Positions 26,000 to 32,000 of a stretch of 32,000 bases of DNA are shown here, one piece after another. Source of the DNA: Candidatus Saccharimonadota bacterium (lineage in GTDB: Bacteria > Patescibacteriota > Gracilibacteria > UBA1369 > 2-02-FULL-48-14); assembly GCA_016699145.1 (NCBI GenBank), contig CP064962.1, positions 960,001 through 992,000 on the forward strand, given 5' to 3'. The position numbers and the translations under genes were made by a program. Below the pieces are notes generated by a model. The model saw only the letters and a list, made by a program, of their open reading frames with translations, was not told where the DNA came from and ran no database searches. The number at the start of each line of letters is the position of its first letter. Positions within the stretch are counted from its first letter, which is position 1.

Positions 26000-26749
26000 A
26001 TGCCCATTGCTCCTCTCATACAAGTCAAAGATCTCACGGTGGTTCGGGATGGAAACAGCATTTTGGAGCATGTGGATTTTGTCATTAAAGAAAAAGAATA
26101 CGTGGGCATTGTGGGTCCCAACGGCGGTGGAAAAACCACGCTTTTGCTCACCATGCTGGGCCTGCTCAAACCCACGCGCGGCGAAGTCAAAGTCTACGGC
26201 AAAGCGGCTGAGGATCCAAAATCGCGCGAATCCATCGGTTATGTGCCGCAAACTTTTTTGGGCCAAAAATTCACCTACCCCATCACCATTGAAGAAGTGG
26301 TGGCCACCGGCATCATTCATCCGGGCTTTTGGGGAAATTTAAACAAGCGCGAATGGAAACGCGTTTATGAAAAATTGGAACTGGTGGGCATGAAGGGTTC
26401 CGAAAAAGAGTCGTTTCATACGCTTTCAGGAGGAGAGCGCCAAAGAGTCATCATTGCTCGGGCCCTGGTCAGCAACCCAGACATTTTGTTTTTGGATGAA
26501 CCCTTGAGTGCCGTCGATCAACCCTCCCAAGCCACCTTTTATCAACTGCTGACTCAACTCAATAAAAAAGGACTCACCGTGGTGCTCGTGACTCACGATT
26601 TAGAAAGGGTCGCCAAACAAGTTTCTCGGGTGCTTTGCCTCAACCAAAGTCTTTATTTGAATTGCAAAACGTCCGAACTTTCTGAAGCTCACAATTGGTC
26701 CGAATTTTTTGGAGACGCCAAGGCCGTCCATCATCACTCTCATTCCTAA
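26000..26749 (+). CDS. znuC: Metal ABC transporter ATP-binding protein (ZnuC-like)
   Basis: Walker A GPNGGGKTT, LSGGERQR, LFLDEP and a C-terminal His-rich end (VHHHSHS). Confidence 0.85.
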   Translation: MPIAPLIQVKDLTVVRDGNSILEHVDFVIKEKEYVGIVGPNGGGKTTLLLTMLGLLKPTRGEVKVYGKAAEDPKSRESIGYVPQTFLGQKFTYPITIEEVVATGIIHPGFWGNLNKREWKRVYEKLELVGMKGSEKESFHTLSGGERQRVIIARALVSNPDILFLDEPLSAVDQPSQATFYQLLTQLNKKGLTVVLVTHDLERVAKQVSRVLCLNQSLYLNCKTSELSEAHNWSEFFGDAKAVHHHSHS

Positions 26750-27559
26750 ATGTCTATTTTTGAATACAGTTTCATGGTTCGAGCGCTGCTCGCAGGCAGC
26801 CTCATTGCAGTGGTTGCGCCACTCCTCGGAACCTTCGTCGTGGCGCGCAATACCAGCCTCATCGCAGACACGCTCGCGCATGCTGCGCTCGCGGGGGTTG
26901 GCATTGGAGTGATTTTAGGCATCTCCCCCACCTGGGGCGCGGTCGTGGTCGCCCTGCTCGCCGCCCTGGGCATTGAATACCTCATGAAGAACCATCGTTT
27001 CAGCGCAGACGCCGTGCTCGCCCTTTTCCTTTCGGGGGGCCTGGCCCTCGCCGTCGCTTTGGTGCGCGTTAAAGGCGCCGCCATCAATTTTGAAAATTAT
27101 CTTTTTGGGAGCCTCATCACGGTCACCGCAGAAGAAGTATGGATTTTACTCATCACCAGCCTGGCCATGATCGGCATTATGGTGGCGTCTTGGTGGTCTT
27201 TTCTTTCCTTGTCTTTCTCAGAAGAACTCACCTCCACGCGGGGCCTCAAAACCAAAACTCTAAAAAACCTTCTCGCCTTGCTCACAGGTCTCATGGTTTC
27301 TCAATCTCTCAAAATCGTCGTTGGACTTTTAATCGGCGCCATGATGGTCATCCCTGTGCTCACGGCCATCACCCTTTGCCAAAGCGCCCGCTACAGCCTG
27401 CTCGTCTCGGTGATTTTCGCCCTGCTCTCCGTTTGGTCTGGACTCATTCTTTCGTACTACATCAATGTGCCCAGTGGCAGCGCCATCGTGCTGATGAACA
27501 TCTTCTGGTTTGCCGCCGCTCTCCTGGTGAAGGGGTTTGGAACTTTTAGACATTCTTAG
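26750..27559 (+). CDS. znuB: Metal ABC transporter permease (ZnuB-like)
   Basis: 269-aa polytopic protein of the ABC-3 family type (FMVRALLAGSLIA..., LIADTLAHAALAGVG). Its start abuts the znuC stop. Confidence 0.85.
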   Translation: MSIFEYSFMVRALLAGSLIAVVAPLLGTFVVARNTSLIADTLAHAALAGVGIGVILGISPTWGAVVVALLAALGIEYLMKNHRFSADAVLALFLSGGLALAVALVRVKGAAINFENYLFGSLITVTAEEVWILLITSLAMIGIMVASWWSFLSLSFSEELTSTRGLKTKTLKNLLALLTGLMVSQSLKIVVGLLIGAMMVIPVLTAITLCQSARYSLLVSVIFALLSVWSGLILSYYINVPSGSAIVLMNIFWFAAALLVKGFGTFRHS

Positions 27560-27563
27560 TTTC

Positions 27564-28136
27564 ATGAAAAATCCTCCTGAATCGCTATCGAAAGGCTTTC
27601 TAAAAGCCCTGCTCCTCTCCTTTATTTTAGCGCTCTTTTACACCCTCGCTCAAAAATACGGACGCCCCTTCCTCCCTGAAATGTCCGATCGTTTTTTCAA
27701 TCGTTTAGTGGGCGCAGCTCTTGTCCTTCCTGTCTTGGGTCTTTTCTTGCTTCGACAACGTTTCTTCAAGAACATGCGCTCAAACCCCAAAGTGGACTCC
27801 ACTCAAGTGATGAAGGTGCGAGTGGAAGTGGGTGGACTGGTGAAACTTAAGAAAACGGACGCCAGTATTGACTTCATCGACTTGGTGGAAAAATGGCTGA
27901 CCCAACACGTCAAAATGGCTGAGCTCCCCAAGCTCCTTGAAAAAGGCGAACTTCAGTTCACCGAAGCCGAAAACGACTACGACTTGCTCCTCGACTTCAT
28001 CGAACTCGAAGATGGATCAGGCAAAATACTCGAAACCCTCATAGTGGACGCGGGGAACCTCAAACAAATCGACTTCGTTCAAAAGCTAGGGAACTGCAAA
28101 CTGGAGTGGCACTGCGATCATGTGAATAGAGGCTAA
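27564..28136 (+). CDS. Hypothetical two-TM membrane protein, last gene of the metal-uptake operon
   Basis: 190 aa counted from the ATG at 27564, 5 nt after the znuB stop. Two hydrophobic helices are followed by a soluble acidic domain ending CKLEWHCDHVNRG. Confidence 0.55.
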   Translation: MKNPPESLSKGFLKALLLSFILALFYTLAQKYGRPFLPEMSDRFFNRLVGAALVLPVLGLFLLRQRFFKNMRSNPKVDSTQVMKVRVEVGGLVKLKKTDASIDFIDLVEKWLTQHVKMAELPKLLEKGELQFTEAENDYDLLLDFIELEDGSGKILETLIVDAGNLKQIDFVQKLGNCKLEWHCDHVNRG

Positions 28137-28661
28137 ATTTAAACCGCTCCTTATGCATTCTTGACGCGGCTTTCTTTTTGAATAAAGTGGAGTTAGAAAG
28201 TCCTTTGGCCCGTAGTTTATACACTACAGCTTAGCGAAAGGCCTTTCTTCTATTCAGTTGGAAAAATAGAAATAAGCCACCTCTTACCGCTGGCTTTGTC
28301 TTCTTTGATCTGTACGCAAAATTTCTCTCCTTCAAAGCTTCTGCCATAAAAGCGATGGAGAAGTTCCGAATGTTTATTCGGATTTTCTTTTGAAACAGGA
28401 ACAAAACACGAATGACGAATAACCTCAATAGCACAAGGAAACAACTTCAACCGGCGAAGTAGTTCTAAGAAACTCTTTTCAAATAAAACCCAAAAGCCTT
28501 CTTTCTAATTTCAGCAAGATTTGTTCCGATGAATTTTTTAGATTTTGTTTGATAAACACGCATAAAAGAACTCTACCACGAGAAGTCCTGACAAAACTCT
28601 GAAATCAAACGTTTGATTCCAACCCCTAAACAGCTATAATTCCAACTTATTTCATCCCTCA

Positions 28662-29132
28662 ATGTCAGAAGTTCAAAAGCCAAAAACAGGCGGAACCCTC
28701 ACTCAGCCTAAAGGTTTCGTGAGTCAGCACGCCGGCAAGGCCGCCTTCATCGGAGGGATGGCAACATTATCAGGTTTGCCAAACTTGCAGCACGGAGTGG
28801 AGGCTTTTTTCACTGCCGCTGCCAAGCAGGCCGGTTACAGTACCGCCTCTGCAGTAACTTTATTGAGCTTTTATAACTTCTTAGAAAAAAGAGTGAAGTC
28901 ACTTCCAGCAGAACTCGTGCCTGCAATACTCCCCACTCTGACCACAATCTTGCTCAACTACGGACTGCATAACTTAAAAGGGACTGAAGAGCCCTTACTC
29001 TCGACCTTGCCCACCGCCATTTCGGCGTCCATCGGTTTCCCAATCTGGCATGTGCGCACAAGAATCCTTCAACTCTGGAAAGACTTAGAAGATATCGAAA
29101 TCAAGTTGGATTGGCCTACTTCCCTAGCGTAA
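28662..29132 (+). CDS. Hypothetical membrane protein
   Basis: 156-aa ORF with several hydrophobic segments. It is preceded by TTGATT-16 nt-TATAAT (28613-28640). No family is recognised. Confidence 0.5.
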   Translation: MSEVQKPKTGGTLTQPKGFVSQHAGKAAFIGGMATLSGLPNLQHGVEAFFTAAAKQAGYSTASAVTLLSFYNFLEKRVKSLPAELVPAILPTLTTILLNYGLHNLKGTEEPLLSTLPTAISASIGFPIWHVRTRILQLWKDLEDIEIKLDWPTSLA

Positions 29133-30240
29133 ACCCCTCCCCTTGAATCGTGATTCCAAGTGGCTTCACCATCACTTCTCGCCCCGCGGCTGCTTCCACT
29201 TGCCCCGCCACACAAGCCTTTAAACCGGCCTCTCCAGCCAGCGCCACCACCTTTTCCGCCTCCTCATGACTGTGCGTGTAAATTGCGAGCCCCACGCCAT
29301 AATTGAAGGTTTTAAGCATCGTTTCCGTGTTCATGCCGCTGGCCTGCTCCACAAAGGTAAATACTTCTGGCACAGGCAGCATTTCTTCAATCACGTAACG
29401 GAAGTTTTGCTTAGGACGCATGAGTTTTTGCCAACCGTGTCCCGTAATGGGTTCCACATTTGAAGGACGAATCCCCGCCGCCATCACCGCCTGAACGAGC
29501 GGTGTGTACAGATGCCCCGGTGCATTGATTGCCTCCCAAAATTCCATACCGCTGGGCAATTTCGTGCGATACCCCTGAGGCAATTTTTCCGCCACACTGC
29601 GCAAAGTCGTGAATCCATTTTCATGGGGACCGCTGCTCTCCACAAACACAATAAAATCCCCTGCTCGAAGTTCACTGGAGTCGATGGATTGATACCCCGC
29701 CGGCACAAGGCCAAACAGGGCTCCCGCAATGTCCAGTTTGTCTTCAAAAATCTTGGTCTTGAGCTGAGGAGTTTCTCCTGAGAAGTAGACACATCCAACA
29801 CGTCTGCACCCTTCCACAAATCCATCCAAAAAACCTTTCATAAATTCCGGCGTGAACACCCGTTCAGGCCGTGCAGAGGGCAAATACAAAGAGATCAAAA
29901 TCGTCTGCATCCCCGAAGAAGCCGCATCGTTCGTCAGCGTGGACATCGTTTTAAGTCCAATATTTCTCCAAAACTTCATCCATTCCTCTCGAGTAAAATC
30001 ATCCGGCCTGGCATCGTCCGCCGTGCCCAACCCTTCAGGGAGCAAAGTCACCAGCAACTGCTCCATCCCACTTTTCAAAAAAGGTTTCAAATCCAAGGCA
30101 AACACATTGGCACTCGCCCCAAAACCCCCGGGCATGAAGCCGTATTTTTCAGCAAAACCCATCGTTTTTTGGCTGGCTGCAATGAAGGCATTTTTTGCCT
30201 TATCCAGATCCACGTAATCGATACGGTCTACAGGATTCAT
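29116..30240 (-). CDS. purM: AIR synthase (PurM)-family protein, divergent long form
   Basis: 374 aa colinear with PurM: SSGPHENGFTTLR (compare SSGxHSNG), ITGHGW (compare ITGGG), TFNYGVGLAIY (compare TFNMGIG) and SGETPQL (compare GGETAEM). The N-terminal GTK motif is replaced by EGLGTADD plus an insertion. Confidence 0.65.
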   Translation of the reverse strand: MNPVDRIDYVDLDKAKNAFIAASQKTMGFAEKYGFMPGGFGASANVFALDLKPFLKSGMEQLLVTLLPEGLGTADDARPDDFTREEWMKFWRNIGLKTMSTLTNDAASSGMQTILISLYLPSARPERVFTPEFMKGFLDGFVEGCRRVGCVYFSGETPQLKTKIFEDKLDIAGALFGLVPAGYQSIDSSELRAGDFIVFVESSGPHENGFTTLRSVAEKLPQGYRTKLPSGMEFWEAINAPGHLYTPLVQAVMAAGIRPSNVEPITGHGWQKLMRPKQNFRYVIEEMLPVPEVFTFVEQASGMNTETMLKTFNYGVGLAIYTHSHEEAEKVVALAGEAGLKACVAGQVEAAAGREVMVKPLGITIQGEGFTLGK

Positions 30241-30452
30241 TTGATTTTAACCTGAAAAAAATCCGAAATCGCTTGGCGCGTTCCAAAAGATACGCGTTCA
30301 CCCTTGCATACCGGGCACATGTATTCGTACTTGCTCTTGTGTTTGATCGGCTCATCCACAATTTGCTTGCAATCCTTGCAATAAAACACAATGGGAGCTG
30401 GAGCGGGAGCCGCTGTTTCAGAAGAAGTGTCAGGAAGAATTTCGTCAGTCAT
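30237..30452 (-). CDS. Small zinc-ribbon protein
   Basis: 71 aa with CKDC...17 aa...CPVC. The stop overlaps the purM-like start (ATGA), and the start overlaps the upstream stop (TGATG). Confidence 0.55.
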   Translation of the reverse strand: MTDEILPDTSSETAAPAPAPIVFYCKDCKQIVDEPIKHKSKYEYMCPVCKGERVSFGTRQAISDFFQVKIK

Positions 30453-31207
30453 CAGTTGTTTTCTTGGTCAGAGGATGGAGTGCCGCCGTAAGGGTTGGCA
30501 CTGTGACGTCCGCCCCAAAAATTGGAGTTGTTGCCATAGTGCATAGAAGCGCCACCGGCTTGGCGCATACGAGATTGCATGAGTCGATAACGGGTCGTTG
30601 GGTCCAGAATGAGTGGATCCACAGGGCTGGCTGGCGTATTCACCGCTTGTGAAACGCGCTCTTGAGTGTAAGAAGGCCCCGCAAACGGTCGATCTTCTTG
30701 AATTTCCACTTCTTCCACCGGCTCTTCAACACTCACTTCTTCCTCCACATCCGAATCTTTTCGACGAGCGAACCACCCTGCAATCATCATGAAACCTGTC
30801 ATAAAAAAGGCGAAAGTCATGCCAAAACGAGTGGATTTGGTGCTCAAATTCACTCCAAAATCAGGATGAAAGAAAATAGAAGTGGCCACCACCATCAAAA
30901 GTGCCGCTTGAAAACCCAAAAGCACACTCGCAATGCCGCCCTTTTTCTTCAAATTGAAAAAATTCTTTCCAAGCAGCGGCAAAAACATATTGAAAAAGCC
31001 AATGGCTCCCAGCCCCATCACCATGAATCCGATCAAGAAGAAAGGCCCCTGCACGCCCAAATAACTTTCTCCCACACCAAAACTGTTTCGCTCATCGTAC
31101 CAGGGCATCAACGGACTGATCATGAGCCCCGCACTGGCGAGCAAAACCACCTGTTTTCGCAGAGGGAGTCGAAGAAAGCCTTGTTTCATTCGCTGAGAGA
31201 GCGACAT
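30452..31207 (-). CDS. Hypothetical 4-TM membrane protein with an acidic, disordered C-terminal tail
   Basis: I start the gene at the ATG at 31207 (MSLSQRMKQGF...). The 91 codons further upstream in the track ORF are antisense to the glycosyltransferase gene and look non-coding. Confidence 0.55.
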   Translation of the reverse strand: MSLSQRMKQGFLRLPLRKQVVLLASAGLMISPLMPWYDERNSFGVGESYLGVQGPFFLIGFMVMGLGAIGFFNMFLPLLGKNFFNLKKKGGIASVLLGFQAALLMVVATSIFFHPDFGVNLSTKSTRFGMTFAFFMTGFMMIAGWFARRKDSDVEEEVSVEEPVEEVEIQEDRPFAGPSYTQERVSQAVNTPASPVDPLILDPTTRYRLMQSRMRQAGGASMHYGNNSNFWGGRHSANPYGGTPSSDQENN

Positions 31208-31252
31208 AATGACGGGGAAAATCAATTTCAATCTATCAAAAAAAAGTCCTCC

Positions 31253-32000
31253 ATGGCAAACAAAAGCATCGGCATCGACATTCGTGAAGCCAGTGAAAAC
31301 GCAGCAGGCAAAGGCCGTTACACACTCAATTTGGTCAAAGCCCTCATTGCGCAAGCTCCCGAGCAGGACTTCATCCTCTTCACCAAAACCCCGAATCCTC
31401 ATTTTCGCACCACGCAGCACGTCAAACAAATCTGCATCAAAGGGCGCGGACCCTTCTGGCATTGGAACCTGCATCGCCACCTTTTAAAAGCGCCGGTCGA
31501 CTGCTTCATTGCACCCACCAGCACCATTTACCCCGCCTTTGCTCCTCGCAGTCAAAAAGTGGCCCTCGTGATTCACGACCTCATCACCTTTTTGCACGCC
31601 AAATCGCATCCGCTTTTCCCAACTCTTGTGGAGCGTCTCACCCTGCCTAGAGCCCTCAAAAAAGCCCACCTTCTTTGCCCGTCTCCGAAAACACTCTCCG
31701 CGATCTGCATAAACTTTTCCCTTTCACTCGCAAAAAGCCAGCTCTCATCGCTTCTCCTGCCGTGCCGGAAGACATTCATGCCGTGGACACGCAAAAACTC
31801 GACCTCCCCAAAAAATTCATCTTGGCCGTGGGCACGCTTCTTCCCCGCAAAAACATTGCATTACTCTTTAAAACCTTCGAATTGCTCCAAGAAAAACATC
31901 CCGATTTGCACCTGGTGGTGGTCGGATCTAAAACCAGCAAAAGCCAGAAAACCTTTGCAGCAGTTCAGGTCTTGCCCCCCCCCGTTCAAACCCGCATCCA
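31253..32000 (+). CDS. GT4-family glycosyltransferase, 3'-partial, with an internal -1 frame break at about 31651-31681
   Basis: From ATG 31253 the reading is MANKSIGIDIREASENAAGKGRYTLNLVKAL...VALVIHDLITF. After ...RALKKAHLL the homologous reading (VSENTLRDLHKLFP...ILAVGTLLPRKNIALLFKTFELL...HLVVVGS) continues one base earlier. The original frame stays open but becomes Cys/Trp-rich nonsense. Confidence 0.8.
   Translation, partial: MANKSIGIDIREASENAAGKGRYTLNLVKALIAQAPEQDFILFTKTPNPHFRTTQHVKQICIKGRGPFWHWNLHRHLLKAPVDCFIAPTSTIYPAFAPRSQKVALVIHDLITFLHAKSHPLFPTLVERLTLPRALKKAHLLCPSPKTLSAICINFSLSLAKSQLSSLLLPCRKTFMPWTRKNSTSPKNSSWPWARFFPAKTLHYSLKPSNCSKKNIPICTWWWSDLKPAKARKPLQQFRSCPPPFKPAS
31975..31983 (+). 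repeat. C9 homopolymer inside the glycosyltransferase coding region
   Basis: Nine consecutive C are read directly (cttg-ccccccccc-gttc). They encode PPP in the homologous frame. Confidence 0.9.

Noticed and set aside
28190-28280. RNase P RNA-like motifs (GAAAGTCC at 28195-28202, and GGCTTAT on the opposite strand near 28275)
   Set aside because: The two motifs are on opposite strands and in the wrong order. The region is far too AT-rich and short of the other conserved RNase P helices.
28601-28625. tRNA/tmRNA T-loop-like GTTTGATTCC
   Set aside because: It is merely part of the palindrome TCAAACGTTTGA. There is no acceptor stem, CCA context or tag-like reading frame, and I found no tRNA cloverleaf anywhere in the window.
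31208-31480. N-terminal 91 codons of the track ORF 30452-31480
   Set aside because: This part is antisense to the clearly homologous N-terminus of the GT4 glycosyltransferase and has an odd, Cys-rich composition. The membrane protein most likely starts at the ATG at 31207.
1-32000. CRISPR arrays, long tandem repeats, prophage or defence-island signatures, and alternative genetic code
   Set aside because: No spaced direct repeats or multi-copy long repeats were seen by eye apart from the IS termini. Recognisable genes end at TGA, TAA or TAG at the expected lengths, so there is no sign of stop-codon reassignment. A computational repeat search would be needed to exclude short dispersed repeats.

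Overview
This 32-kb chromosomal window comes from a bacterium with tightly packed genes that often overlap. It uses the standard genetic code: TGA, TAA and TAG all end recognisable genes. Most genes are housekeeping:
- Signalling, envelope and regulation: a cytoplasmic histidine kinase, a CNNM/CorC transporter, an L,D-transpeptidase, nrdR and a PrsW-type membrane protease.
- DNA and cell surface: a dGTPase, a Xer recombinase, an SLH/LamG surface protein and ftsE.
- Purine synthesis: purL, an embedded lipoprotein gene, purQ and a PurM-like gene.
- A PadR module.
- Recombination and competence: recA, recX, nusA, a PilB/GspE ATPase and dprA.
- A zur-znuACB-type metal uptake operon.
- A partial GT4 glycosyltransferase.

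The only clearly accessory part is a decayed IS30-family element (15-bp terminal inverted repeats) next to a large secreted protein of uncertain family.

Points worth a second look:
1. purL, the GT4 gene and the IS30 transposase (at two sites) each have a reading frame that one added base would repair, and a homopolymer run lies in or near every shift window.
2. PurQ carries a C-terminal extension that looks like two PurS domains, and no stand-alone purS is present.
3. An 18-bp perfect palindrome fills the recA promoter spacer.
4. A 21-bp dyad lies in the zur promoter.
5. Start codons lack Shine-Dalgarno motifs, and several have -10-like hexamers 5-7 nt upstream. Two divergent gene pairs show this in mirror-symmetric form.
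6. A C9 tract sits inside the glycosyltransferase gene.
7. A 520-bp AT-rich gene-free stretch holds an orphan promoter and a toxin-like ORF remnant.

I found no CRISPR array, tRNA, rRNA or recognisable defence or biosynthetic system. None of the hypotheses below amounts to a demonstrated novel system.
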